The notes beneath the pieces were generated by a model. That model did not search any database. It had not been told where the DNA came from and was given only the letters and a program-made list of their open reading frames with translations. The translations under genes were made by a program, and so were the position numbers. From the human T2T-CHM13v2.0 reference genome, Homo sapiens, in the NCBI RefSeq assembly GCF_009914755.1, contig NC_060947.1: a stretch of DNA of 64,000 bases; one strand, given 5' to 3'. Position 1 is the first letter of the stretch; each line of letters opens with the position of its first letter. Below, piece after piece: positions 29,556 to 45,057 of this stretch.

Positions 29556-29904
29556 ATCAGGTATTGGTATTATTAAAAACTGACGTATTTCTGAGAAGTC
29601 CTGAGAATTCTTTCTGTAGTAGGAAACAACGCTTGAATAATTTCTGCTGAAGAACATTTAAAAACACAGTTATGAAAGCTGGAGAGTAATCCATATTATT
29701 GTCCTTGCTTCAGTTTATTTTTCTATTATTATTTTATGCATTTTAATGTAGGTAAACTAACTTCGATTTAGGTCTTTCTCCTTGCACAACTTCAGGGAGG
29801 ACTGTTCATAGAAAATATAACTTGAAAATTGTGTCCTTGAATTTATGCACTAAATGGTACTGCTTCAATTCATATTCTTCAATTCGACTAGTAATTATTT
29901 GAAA

Positions 29905-29995
29905 GATTTTTAACTTTATAATTTGAAAGAAATTAGACTTATATGAAAGTTGTAAAAATTGAATCACATATTCTAATGTATCCTTCACCCAGAAT
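29905..29995 (-). mobile_element. L1M (MC-like) 3' tip
   Basis: 'tttgaaagaaattagacttatatgaaagttgtaaaaat...tatccttcacccag'. Confidence 0.55.
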
Positions 29996-30224
29996 TTTTT
30001 TTTACTTTATCTTAAATATAATTTCTTTTTGTCTGTATTTTAGAGTCAATTTCTACTCAGAAGAACAAGTATATAATGAAAAACTGTTAAAATGTGTGTG
30101 GCACAGAAAAATGATTTTGAGAGTAAAATTTGAGCATGGAAAAGAAGATGACTTAATTATTATACTTATATTCAAGCACAGGGGACCAAAACTTTTCTCA
30201 GCAATATCATGTCTAGTAAGAGCA

Positions 30225-30460
30225 GAGGAAAATATTTAAAAGCTTGGACTTGGGAACAAAATGGCCCAGAGTCACTTCCCATTTACCACTTATGAATGGT
30301 GTGGCCTTCAGCATGCTCATTAACCATTCAGTGTCTTAAATTCCTTTTGTGTAAAGAGAGAATATTATCATATATCATTTAAAGGCTTTATAAAGATTAA
30401 ATGAGTTAATATTTATAAAGTGCTTAGAAAAAATGTCTGGCACACAGTAAGCACCATTAA
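30225..30460 (+). mobile_element. MIR
   Basis: 'aagattaaatgagttaatatttataaagtgcttagaa...tctggcacacagtaagcac'. Confidence 0.75.
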
Positions 30461-32154
30461 TGGCTTGATAAAAGTAATTTGACAGGTAAACCAACAGTAC
30501 TCTTTCTATTTTGTAATGTCAAATCATGGCTACACTTGAACTCTGAGATAAAGAGAAAGATTGGGGGCATGGAAGAGTAGTGTGTGTGCATGTGTGTGTG
30601 TGTTTGTGTGTGTATATATTTAGGTGTTAAAATATTTTATCTAAGTTTCCGGAATTCTGCACAATGTAGTGAAAATAAATTGGTAAAATCACGTTTATGG
30701 CTAATGGCAAACATATATACAATGTGGCAATTACTACTTCCAAAATACTGTTGAACAAAAAATAACTTTATTTACTATATATTTTTTAACATCAGAAAGA
30801 ACGTTGGGATCCTACAATCCTGCCAAATCTTGATTTTGACCTGTATGGTACTGGGATTGTAGTGGGCTCAGGTGTTTTGTTGACCTTTGAATTATTAGCC
30901 ATACTCTGAAAGTTGTTTTTGAAATTGAATCCTAGAAAATTCCTGATATATAGCTTTTTTTTTTGGAAACTTGCATTCAGATAATTTGGGTCTTAAGGTA
31001 AATTTAAATTAACCCTATTTAGAAACGTCAAGGAAATTAAACATATTAAAGAGATATTGGTGTCACATATACAAACTTACATGAGCCTTCTTTAGGAAGA
31101 AGCAAGCAGATAAATGAAAATTAGAAAAATATTGAATTGTGGAAAACAGAAGTCAATGAGGAAAAATTAGTAATTAATCCAATGTAGTACTCTGAGATCA
31201 TTGATGATGCCTTGAGTGTGGCTGGGAGTCTACCTGGATTATTGATGGGGAGAAACTTTTGATGATCATGGTGACAAAATCAAAGAGAAGGCGTAAAGGA
31301 TACAGTTATATTCCCTAAGTAAAATAATTAGTTATAGGATTGAGAATTTCAAATAAAAAGCAATATGGAAAAGCATTTATTATATAAATAATGTAACTGG
31401 CACAGAACACAGAAATGCATGAATACCTTTTGAATTTCCAAATAAGATAGATTCCTGTCAACTCTCTAGAAGATAGGTTTTTTTTTTTTGCCTCTATTGA
31501 TTCTCTTGCATGCACAAAGTCTTTGAATATTTGTTTCTCATCAGATTTACCTTCAACAGTATTGGGGCCTCCCAATTACATACATGCTTTTATTACCCAA
31601 TGAACAGAAAAAAAACAATTACTGTTCATATTATTTCAACTGAAATCAAGCTTGTTAAAAGCTCTCTCACAATTGTTAATTTTGTACATTTGCAAAAATC
31701 AATAGCTAGAAAATTTACTAGACACGAAGGCCTCTGAAACAATACAAATGATCTTTATGCCCTAGGGCTACGAATTTATTGATAAGGTTAACAATCCTTG
31801 GGTAATGACAGCTTACTTCTCTTCTGAATCTAGCCTAAAGATTCCATTAAATATATTTCTAAACAACAAAAATGTCTAGATGAGAGTCTAAACTGATTTC
31901 AAGTGTTTGCTTCAAAGGACAAAACAAAGACAGATGCTCCCTTCCAGCCAATGACTTAGACAATCCATATTAAAGATTGAAGTCAATGGTCATGATATAC
32001 TAGGTTGGGCAATCTGGCTTGAATGTGACATTGACTGGTTTAAATTTTGAATTAATGTTCTCTCAAAATATTTCATCCATCAGTTGGTTTATTTACACTT
32101 ATTATTTACCAATTACTGACATAGGTGCTAACACGCAGCAAAAACTTTTAAAAT

Positions 32155-32326
32155 TATTTTTATTTGTATTTCCTTTTTAATTTTAATAGCTTTAGGGGTG
32201 GAAGTGGTTTTTTGTTACACAAATGAGTTCTATAGTGGTGAATTCTGAGATTTTAGTGCACCTGTCACCTGAGTAGGGTATATTGTACCTAATGTGTCCT
32301 TTTTTTTAATCGCTAGCCCCCCTCCT
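32155..32326 (-). mobile_element. L1PB-type 3' end
   Basis: 'aatagctttaggggt...gtggttttttgttacac...tatagtggtgaattctgagattttagtgcacc'. Confidence 0.8.
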
Positions 32327-33039
32327 AGAACTCTTGATGAATTCAGAATCTAGGGAGAAAGTCAGAAAAGCAATCAGTCAATACAACGTAGTACAGAGGA
32401 AAATCTCTGAATAGACTTCCATGTAACCAATGCCTACTCAGGTAATTTGCCAGATTAACAAACACCCTGCATTTCCTCTGAAAAGTACATTGGCTAATGC
32501 CCAGGGCAAGATGGATACTTTTAGGTAATACTCAACTCATTGGTAGACCCATGAGGTTCCGCTCTCACAAGTTGAGTATGTACCCAAAAGCTAACTTAGT
32601 TAAGCCAGTTATAATTATTTCTAGAGTTACATAAAGATTATCAACTGAAAAATGTAAGCTCCATGAAGACGAGGGCTTTGCCGTTCCCAAGTAACTAGAC
32701 TAGATCCTGCTTAATATTTATTAAGTCATACACTTACAAAAGTTTTTATTTATGCAAAATCTAAACTGAATGTTGTAGAAATAATCAATAAATATGGTTG
32801 CAAAATGATTCAAATGCTTGGACAGACAAATGTAAAATTTTATTAAAAATAATAAAAATCTTTAGTTCTATGTGCAGATTGCTTCACAAATATCTTTTAT
32901 TTCTCATTCAGATATAAAGAAACTGAAACTGGAAATTATAGATTATGCTAGCTATGAGCAATAGAACTATGATCCAAGCCACATAGGTAATTTTAATTTG
33001 TCTGATACCCACATTACAAATAATGAGAAATGGGTAAAA

Positions 33040-33258
33040 CTAACATCCATACTGTATTTTACTTAACCAAACAGATCCCAAATACTATCATTTCAAGATG
33101 CAACGCATATAAAATTATTATTGAGATCTTTCATATTATTTTTACACTAAGTCTTCAAAGTCCAGTGTGTATTTTACATTTATAGTACCTCTCAATTCAT
33201 GCTAGCTACATTCCAATGGCCATACATGGCAAGTGGCTACCATACTGAACTTCACAGA
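33040..33258. mobile_element. MER33-like hAT-Charlie MITE fragment
   Basis: 'actaagtcttcaaagtccagtgtgtattttac...tctcaattc...agctacattcca...agtggctaccatactgaac'. Confidence 0.7.
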
Positions 33259-33329
33259 AGTAGACAATATGGATGTGATTTCTGTAAGAAAGAGAAAAAT
33301 AATCTCACTCTAATCTGTGAATTTCTGTA

Positions 33330-33585
33330 GTAGGTATGAGGTCTAGGTCTATGTACATTTTGTTTGTCCGTGGATGTCCCATTGATCCAGCACCATTTGT
33401 TGAAAACACTACTCTTCCTCCACTGAATTTATTTTGAAACTTTGTCAAAAATATGTTGGGCATATTTGTGTGGGTATGTTTCTAGACTCTTTATTCTGTT
33501 CAATTGATCTATGTGTCAATCCTTCTGACAATATAACACAATATTTGTTGCTGTGGTTATGTGGTAAGTTTTAAAATCAGATCTT
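33330..33585 (-). mobile_element. Old L1M ORF2-region fragment
   Basis: 'tccagcaccatttgttgaaaa...ctttgtcaaaaat...tctagactctttattctgtt...ttgatctatgtgtc'. Confidence 0.8.
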
Positions 33586-35989
33586 ATTGTATAAGCTTAA
33601 CAACATATAATGTTACTGAAATGATAACTTCCGCAATTTGGGGAAAAAACAGACCAGATGGATTGAACACTCCTTCTTTAAACTCTCTCTCTCTCTCTCA
33701 GCTGTCTAAATGCCTCAAAATGGAAATTCAACAGATGAGAGCTTCTTATTGAGAAAGGGGAAGTAGTAGGGGAATCTATTTTGACCACCTCTCTGGTTTG
33801 AAACCTCTGGGGGTTTAAGAGAAAAGGAGATTCAAGATATGGCTTAGTTTTAATGTTAATGCTACAGTAGTACAGCTGGGACTTGTCCTACATTTACTGA
33901 GAACTCTAATTTACGAAAACTAGATCCTAGCATTCTGAAAGCAGATTTGAGACCTCTAAAGCTATTTCTTTTACAGTTTTTTCCACCTTTGGTTGCAGTC
34001 TATTGTATTGTCCTGATTCTTTTTTTCACCTACTCGTAGGTTATTCTTAATCACTTGAAACCAACCACTTCTATGTATATGATTTTTGCTTCCTTTCCCT
34101 CACAGATCCCTCAGGTACCCTGTCTTATACTTTTAGTAAGTCATGCAAAATAATTGAGAAATGAGTCATGCAATTTATTGCTGCATTTTATTAAATTAGA
34201 GTGGTCAGATATACTTTTACTGACAGAGATTTGGATTTTACTGTCTTGAAACAGAAGAGAGAGCAAAATGGTTAAGAAGGTGATGAGAAAATGAACTGAC
34301 ATTTATGTAACAGTGCCTTATTATTAATATATGGTTGGTGCTGTGCTTTGTACCCTTTGAGAGATATTTTGTGATCCAATTTTATAGATAGGAAAAGGAT
34401 CTCTAAATATTCAGTTTTGGAACTGATGTTCTAACCAGGTCATCCTGACTTGAAATTTCAGGTGATTCCCTCATGATGCATCTTGACGCAAACAAAAAAT
34501 GTACTGAATATATTATTATAAATGTGAGTAACTAGAAATGCATGGGAAAGAAGAGGGGAGGAAAAGAGTAAAAAGGAATATTAAACAAATGTATTCAACA
34601 AACCTTTATTGAGTGTCTATTATATGGCTGGCTATGTTCTAGGTACTGGAGGTGTGGTAACTTGGGAAAATTTTATCAACATATATTACAGTATTTTCTG
34701 CATAATTCCCCGCCATACTTTTATTTCCTTTGAATTCACAGTTTCCATTAAAATAATTTATTGAGTTAAAGCCTAGAGCATAGACAGGCAACTTTTCAAA
34801 GATACCATAATAAGTTTTTATTTACTCATTTTTGAAAGAAGGACTAGTCGGATGCTGGCCATAAACAGGGGCTAAAATTTCATCCATCTTTCCATTTCCA
34901 CCAATGGAGGTGTAGAGTTGGAATGAAGTTAAGTGACCAAGCCTCTTGAGAGAGGTGAAGGATATCTCAGGAATAAGCAACTAGCAATAGACAAAGGAGA
35001 AAAATCGAAACAGAGAGAAAGAATGGTTTGGTGCTGTCCATTCCCCATCCACCACTGCCAAACATACTTATACAACTCTGGCCACTCAAACTACCTAAAT
35101 GAGCCAACTTCGATGAAACAAACACTATTGGGAGAGATTACACTCCCGTGGTAGTATCAAGTAAGATCTTATCCTGCATTTAACGCATTAGGAGGAAGTA
35201 TTTCACCAGTAGCTAAAAACATTATTAGTCTAACATTAACTGTTTCTATCAAAGGGATTTAATTACATGACATTAAATAGTACATGCACTTGTATACAAA
35301 TAATTTTTTTCTCAACAAACACAGAAATAATAAAATAGAGAAAAGACTAGGTGACAGATCACATATATTGAGATACTTGCCATAAGGTGAGACTGATCAA
35401 CATCCTTCTTCAAGGATATAAAAGTTTAATTTACTTAGAGGGGGTTTCAGAAATTACTAATTGAAAGATCTTACTTAACAAATTTTTTTTACATTAGAAA
35501 AAATCAGAACTTGGTAAATCCTCTTGTCACTATTAGTAAAATCATGTTAATTAGTCCAAAACTTTATTTTAATACACTATACTTTTCCTATACTTCAGTC
35601 AATAACTTAGTTTGTGGTTTTCTATAATTCAATCACTAAGTTTATTTAGAGAAAAATATCCTTAACTTGGAGTCCAGTGGTCTTTGAATCTCCCAAAATA
35701 TATGCAATATTTTATGTCCATGTGTGTACATCATGAGTATAGATTCTGTGTTTACATTTGATTTTTAAAAAGATGCATGTTTACCCTCCAACTAAAATCA
35801 TGAATTTATTGTTTTAAATTTAAAAGTTGGCTAAATGGCTATGATGTTTATGTATTTTCATCAAAAGGGTAGTTGTTTGTGTTTTATTTCCAAGTCTATG
35901 ACTTGATGTACAAAAACCTTTACACTGTATCGTACCCCAAAAACATACTCAGATTCAAAAGAGAGAGGAATTAGAAAAATAATGAAACA

Positions 35990-36240
35990 TTTCAGTTTAA
36001 AGTGTCTTCTCAGTGGCAGATTCAGTGTATTCATTACTTTTGCTTCTTCTAGAGATTAAAGTGCATAATCTAATCTCATAAACAGTAGCTAATTCATACT
36101 GGCTTAATAGAAGATCAGTTGGGAATAATAAGCTCGATAGAATGATAACATTATTACTGGAATTCTCAGAAGAACTTGGCAATCCAAGCAAGATGGATAA
36201 GACTAATAAAATATTACAAAGAATAAAGAAAAAGTTAAGA
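35990..36240 (+). mobile_element. Possible CR1/L3 fragment
   Basis: Weak resemblance to the L3 RT-region 'gatcttgacaggctgga...actaacaagatgaaattt' pattern. Confidence 0.3.
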
Positions 36241-38104
36241 TTTATGATAGTCTATTTATGTTTCTGTTATTATGTCATATAATACCATAAGCTGAGGTAA
36301 TTCATATAGTCTGTTCTACATTTCACCAAATCACCCTTAATAACTAAACGATAAAGTGATAAAATTCAAGACACTGTGTTGGAAAATAAGAGGGCAGAGG
36401 GAAAGGAGCTTGGATGATAAATAATAATTAACTCCAATTTCTAAGGACCTTAAAATCTGGTTGTCAATAAACATCAATACACATAAAAATTATTGTATCT
36501 ATATAAGATTGGTAACTACAAAAAAAAAAAAAAAAAAAAGAATCCCCAGAATCCCCAGACCCTGCAGAATTGGGATTGAGGGTAGAATGACAAGGGTCCT
36601 CACAGCTGACAATCATGGGAACAACAAGGAGAACAAAAGACATTTCACACTTCTCAAAGAGATTACTACCTGTTTTGAGGATCACTTGTCAGGAGTGCAT
36701 CTTCTGTGACTATGCAGGGTGGTCAGGTAAAAGGAAGTTACTACAGTAAAGGATGGTGATGAGGAATGGTGAGTTTCCAGGTCACTGGAAACTGAAAGTC
36801 TCCTATGAACTCGAGAAGCCGCAAAACCAAGGAAGAGAAAGAGTAATTTTATAATAAATGTTGCTGTGGATTTCTTCATATCTGTTTTAACACTTTTGAG
36901 TTATTTAAGTGTGTGACTACTTAATTAATTTTTGTTATTGTTGTTTTGAATGTGGCATCTACCCAAAATTGGACTGCATTGGTCTCTGTATTTACAAGGC
37001 TTATATTTGCATATATTAACTTAATGCAATACATAACAACCAGATGAACAATCCAGATATAGGGGAAAGTGATTACACCTTGTACTGGGATGGACAAGGA
37101 GGACTTAATTAAGGAATTTAGAGAAGCTCAGTCATGAAATTAGGGTAAACTTCAAACAAGAAAAAAATAAAAAAGGATGGGTTGAAACTAGGGTAGGATT
37201 GAAATAAGAAGGAAATAGATGAACATTAGAGATAATCACTTAAGTGAAAACATAAAATTGAGAATGCCTTATCATGAAATTCATGCATGAAATTCTGTCA
37301 TGCCTGTTGATCTGTTTAAAAAATAATAGTAGCCACAAATATTCTCAAATGATCATGCATCGAATCTTGTGGACCCCAAGAGTAATCATATCCCTAAGGG
37401 AGCTAAATAACGTATGAGTGTAGATGTCTATTGCAATGCAGTTTTTCAAAATGCCATTGACAATTTGTTGACTTCCTTCAAAGTTGGCTTAGCTTTCTTT
37501 CTCAGCCTCCAAAAGGCTATCAAGTTTCCCATGTAGTTCTTTGAGATGATCGATCTATGTTTTGGGAGGAGTTGCAAAATATATGAGATATAGCCACCTT
37601 CTGTATCAGAAAGATTCCCTCTTGGGTTATCAGAACAATCAAAGAAGCTATCTGATTACTGGAGGAGAGACTGACATAAAATTGTAGTTTTTAACTTCTT
37701 GTGAAAGTTGTGAGAGCTTGACACTGCATGCAGGAGTAACTTAAGAACAATCTTCCCTCTGTGGCTTTGAAATCACCCCATGTGGGATAACTACAAGGCC
37801 TGTTATTGTTGGAAGAGCTAAGCAATAGTTTAAAGAGAACTAGATTTGTTACAAAAATCAAGATGGCTGCCTAAAATTCAACATACTAGGCCTATTTACG
37901 TATATTATGCCCAAGGCACTTGGCTGGTAATACAGGGGCTAAACAAAGAAAGAAAATTAGTTCTTGCCTAGGGAAGGAGGAAAAGGAATAATTTATTGAG
38001 TACCAATTATACACTATGCCCTTTATATTTATGTCATCCAATGCACAAAGCTTTATTATGATTTAGGAAATATTATACTCACTTTACAGGAAAAAAGCAC
38101 CATG

Positions 38105-38260
38105 AAGTGAAAAGAACATTGACTACAGAGTCAGACACACCTGAGTTTGAAGTGTGGCTTAGCCTCTTAATAGTTCTCAGAAAGGAATTTAACCTCTTCG
38201 AGGCCAGTTTTCTGATTAGTAAAACAGGGAAGCATATTACCTTCTATTGTGAAGGAGCAA
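38105..38260 (+). mobile_element. MIR
   Basis: 'agagtcagacacacctgagtttgaa...tttaacctcttcgaggccagttttctgattagtaaaacagg'. Confidence 0.65.
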
Positions 38261-38329
38261 ATACCGGCTATGCTGTTTTGCAGTTAACATTCATATGAAA
38301 GGTATAAGATAGTAATAAGTAAAATGTAT

Positions 38330-38480
38330 TATTTTATTAAATGTATATCATGTTCCAGACCTTATTATATGCTAAGACTTTTCCATATATTATCTCATTT
38401 AATCTTCATAGCAACCAGGTGAGGAGGGGCCAGGAATTTTTCCATTATTTTACAGTTAAGGAAACTAAAGCTCAGATTTA
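38330..38480 (-). mobile_element. MIR
   Basis: 'tatctcatttaatcttcatagcaacc...tttacagttaaggaaactaaagctcaga'. Confidence 0.7.
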
Positions 38481-39043
38481 AAGAAACCTGGGTGCAGTCA
38501 AATCAAAAAAGATTAAGTGGCTGAACCGGCATGAGCTATATCGTGCTCTCATCTCAGAGAGCCTTTCGCATAGACATCTGAGGAGGAACAAAGGGTAACA
38601 ATAACAGCTCTTTCTCTGACCCTCCTGATTTTCAAGCCAGCCCCTTCCACATGCCCACTTCAACCCTTGCCAAGATTCTTGTGTATGAGTAACTCTGTTA
38701 CCTAGTCTAGTTTTGCATGAATCCCTGTTCCTCTTCAAGCACTTCTTTAGCTTCAGGTTTTCTAATCTGGAAACTTCTGTTTCTGAATTAGACCTGAACT
38801 AATTTAGGCTGTCAAAAGGTTTGTGTCTTGAAACTTCCCCTGAGTCGGAACAATAAATATTGTGCATAAATAGAAACTCAGCTGAAATAAGGAGAAGAGT
38901 TAATGTAAAAAAAAAAAAACCAGGTATACGTATAATTATATTGTCAACTAAAAAATAAAATGAAATAAAAGCTTCGGCTTCATACGTGGATTCAGGGATT
39001 CACAAGAGAGCAGGTTTGCAGCCACGAAAAAGCAAGCACAGAA

Positions 39044-39070
39044 GTGTGTGTGTGTGTGTGTGTGTGTGTG
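39044..39070. repeat. (GT)n microsatellite, ~13 units
   Basis: Read directly from sequence. Confidence 0.95.
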
Positions 39071-39139
39071 CGCTCATGTGCACACTCAAGCTGTTGATGG
39101 AACATAGCATTTGTGAGTGAAGGGATGAAAATTAGAATA

Positions 39140-40331
<1,192 letters not shown>

Positions 40332-40639
40332 CGGGAAATATTTTCTTTAGTCTCATGATATTAAAAATGTATCTGAATTTATGATTTTTAGATAAAGCAC
40401 TCATAGAGACTATTGGGCAAAATACGAACAGATGTATTGATTTCTCCAAGGGTTCCAAACTGGAATTTTAAAAAACTTGAGTTAAGATTCATGCATATTT
40501 AGTAACAACCTAGTAACACGGATGTATGCCCTCAGAGAATGGGAATCAGAATCTAAAGTATTGTCACTAGAGATTGAAACAAAGCTTTCAACTCCAATTG
40601 TTACAAAAGAAGGAATTAGACTATTTTGACATAATCCAC

Positions 40640-40990
40640 TGCAAGGGAAAGTAAGCAGAAATATCCGGTGGGATTTGGAGGAAAGCTGTGTAAAGGGCGC
40701 TTCTTAAATTGGACAAACCCTTTCACTCTGCTGGAGTCCTTCCTGACACCTGGAAAGAGGCTGGAGGTCCAGCAGCCATTTTAGACAATGATGTTACATC
40801 GAAGACCGAAAGTTGCACAGAAAGATGGAAGGTTCCTGGGTCCCTGACCACCATGGCCCTGCTCTACCGGCAATGTACTGCTTCCAGCTGGAGCTCACTC
40901 ATGTGGCAAGGCAACAAATCTCTCTTACTTAACACACTTCTATTTCTGGATTTCTGATACACGCAGCCAAACCCAATCCTACCTGATGCA
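40640..40990 (+). mobile_element. MLT1 (J/K-like) LTR fragment
   Basis: 'ggctggaggtccagcagccatttt...agaaagatggaaggttcctgggtccctga...gcagccaaacccaatccta'. Confidence 0.7.
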
Positions 40991-41897
40991 CTCATTTTTT
41001 AATACTCAAAATGGGAACTATCTTACCATTATCACTTTTTGTTACACCTCAGATTTTCCTGAAAAAGTGCATTGTCAAAACATATCATTATTTTTAAAAC
41101 AAAGAGTGTATAAATGTATTATTAAATACATTAAAACCAGACAAAGGCTCATAAATTAATGCAAACGTGTGGAATAGTTTCATCACACAAGTGAAAATTA
41201 AATTGGACTGCTCTGCCATAATAAAGCTCTGTTTGCCTGCTTTGAAATGAAAAGCATCATGCAACTTTTACTGCTGCGTTTCTTTGAAAAGTACCAAATC
41301 TCTCTTCTGAGTTGCTCTTGTCTTTTTGAGTGTAAGGTATTTATTACCACTGGGATAAAAACAGAATGTTGATGGTCACATGATGCAGGCAGCTGGGATT
41401 TCAACTCAAGGTCAGTCACTGGACCCTCAGGCAGCCAGATAGTGTTGTTTATTTTTTGCCAAATTGATGATGCCTTTAGCCTTTAAATAAGGAGCACTGA
41501 CTATGATTAAATTTTGTCCTAAAGAGATATTTCACACTCTAATACATAGAATGTATCTCATTAAAATTGTAACAGAGTAAGAAAAGCTTACTTCAGAGAT
41601 CTCTCAGAAAAAAATTGGAGTACAGCCTGAAGTTATCTAAAATAATCAGCATGGAACCATGCAGATTTGAAATCAGATGACAAACATGTACTTTCAAAGC
41701 ATGAACATTTGAAAACAGTAACTTGCATCAGTTTCTAAACGAGGGATTTAATGTAACTATCAGAATAATCAGTGTGAGATACTGAAATATAAAATTGAAT
41801 TTGGGTCTTCAGAATTAGAAACTTAACAGAAAAAGGAGGTCATTGTAGAAATGTTACGAAATAATTTTGTTTTTATGCCTAATTTAGAAATTGAATG

Positions 41898-42293
<396 letters not shown>

Positions 42294-42324
42294 TTAGAAA
42301 TCCATTATGATTTTTAAAAAGTGC

Positions 42325-42637
<313 letters not shown>

Positions 42638-42984
42638 CTATTCCCTACTATTTATTATTCTGAAAGAGACATATCACATGTTTAAACATTTAAATAACGA
42701 ACAAACCTCCTGGGATCATCATATTTATCACGCACTTTTTAAAGAAAATCAAACATGCTTCTGTTTATACAAATTTATTCCCATTCTAAATATTTATTTT
42801 ACAAACAGAATACTTTCTTATATTCTTGGGCTACATGAATCATTATTATCAACAGAAGGGTGTCTGTCATTACAGGAAGCACAATACTTGTATACTTTTG
42901 AGGGTTACTCACACACACGCGCACACACACATGCACACACATACACACAGAGTTTGGGACCTACAAGACTTTATAATCTTATTA

Positions 42985-43545
42985 TGCCTGCTACCCATTT
43001 CATCTTCTTCTTCACTGTTTGTCTTGTTGTATCTCTGTTCGTTGTGGCCTACCCACCCCTGCTCCTCTCTGACAGTTTTGGGTTGAACTTACCTGGCTCT
43101 GGTTCCAGGAGTGGGTGTCTGATGGAACCTGCCCAATCAGAACACTGTACTCCTGAACTAGGTTGATTGATTCAGGAATGTGTAGGTGATTTCTTCAGAG
43201 TCAATTACAAGTAATCCTAGGTCTTCTGTTGGAGAGAATGGTGTTTTCATTTTCTATTGGAATTGAGGTACAATGATATAAGTCTAAGACTAATAATGGG
43301 TCCCATATCGAGAGATAATGTCTAAGAGCTTTTTTTTTTTTTTTTTAAGAGCCTTTGAAAACACAGTGGAGAAAGGGTGAGAGAGGTACTGGGCTAGGTG
43401 ACATCACTTGAGATCCCAAAACTAACTGTATCTGAAGTAAGTAATACCTCTTCACTTTTTCGTTACATGAGCAAAGGAAACTTTTTTTTTCCTTAAACTG
43501 GTTTGCTAGGTTTTTGTAAATTAGCAGAAATGGTGCTTACATACA
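42985..43545 (+). mobile_element. MLT1 (K/L-like) LTR
   Basis: 'gcccaatcagaacact...gattgattcaggaatg' and 3' 'gttacatgagcaaa...tttccttaaactggtttg...ggtttttgt'. Confidence 0.6.
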
Positions 43546-43969
43546 CACATATATGTATGTATGTATATTTTGGTTGAGATTAAGAAATAGAGACCTAGGT
43601 TCTAATGATATAACTGACTAAAGATAAAATTAATCCAATTATTGAAAGTTTCAGCACCTCAGTTGCCTCTTTAAACAATGAGTTAGTTAGATTACATGAC
43701 TGACAGTTGTCTAGATCTAAAATCATTGGATCCAATCAATTGATTTTCATGAATGAACAAAGACATTTAAATCTGGAAGTAAGTTCTATTAAACCTAGTA
43801 TCTTGATAACCCCAGGCCAGATAAAACTATAAAAAAAAAATGACTGGTCTCTATATCAGTCGATGGGCACCATTTTATAGTTAATTTATTTCAGGAACAT
43901 GGCAGTTATAACACAGGTAACTATAGGACAAGCTGGTAAACCTCATTGTAGGTAATCACTGAGCTCAGG

Positions 43970-44175
43970 GAGGTAGCATGATGTGGTGGATAACAGCAAG
44001 GGATAGGGAAGGAGAAAGTTTGACTTTCAAAGTCTAATTCTAACTCAGAATTCTTCATCTGTAAAATGGGAACAATAATAGCTCTCTCACAGGCTTGTCC
44101 TAAGTATTTACTCACATAATATACATAAAGCTCTTATTACAGTACGTAGCACAAAGTAAGTACTCAAAATTTGCC
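43970..44175 (+). mobile_element. MIR
   Basis: 'ttcatctgtaaaatgggaacaataatag...agcacaaagtaagtactcaa'. Confidence 0.75.
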
Positions 44176-44758
44176 ATATGTCATTATTAGCTGCGGAGCT
44201 ATTGCACTGACCAAGTGCTTGAAAAAACAAATCATTTCCTTTGGCGTGAGTGTTAATGCACAGAGGCTTTGAAAAATACTATGTGAAAGTCATTAAAAAA
44301 AGAAAACCTCTCAGCAGATTAGCTTCCTTCAACCTTTGTAAGATCCTGCTTTTGACGGCCAACCCAGTGCTTTCCACACTTTCTCACACATTGCCTGTTA
44401 TTTCTGGTCAGGAAAATAAATAAATAAGTGCCCATCTGGCCAAGTATTTTTCCACCTTTATATGAACCAGAAATACCAATTGTTTCTAATGTGTATTCCC
44501 CAGATGCAATACTTATCCTCTATTTACAGCTAAGCCACTGATTACTGTGGAAAATATTGTCAGCAAACCATACCCCAAAATGTATTGCTGTGAAAGGGGA
44601 AAAAAATATTACAAAACAAAACCCTAAACCGAATCGATAACAGCACTCATGTCTTGGATAGATTTACAGAAAGAGAAGGACGTCGCTATTTTTATTTGCT
44701 AAGAGATGTTGCCTTTTTTTATATTAAAATATTTAAAGTTACTTCTCTGATTGATCTG

Positions 44759-45057
44759 TTTCTTTTGAGACATAATCTTGCTCTGTTGCCCAAGTTGGAA
44801 TGCAATGGTGAGATCATGACTCACTGTAGCCTTGACCTCCTAGGCTCCAGTGATCCTCCTGCCTCAGCCTCCTGAGTAGGTGGGACTATAGGCGTGTTGT
44901 CACTATGCCTGGCTCATTTCTTTTCATTTTTTTTTTGTAGAGATGAGGTCTCACTCTGTTGTCCAGGGTGGTCTTGAACTCCTGGGCTCAAGGGATCCTC
45001 TCTCTCCTTGGCCTCCCAAAGTACTGGCATTATAGGCATGAGCCACCACACCCAGCC
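44759..45057 (-). mobile_element. AluJ
   Basis: J-type 'tcactgtagccttgacctcctaggctc' and 'ctcctgggctcaagggatcctc'. Confidence 0.9.
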
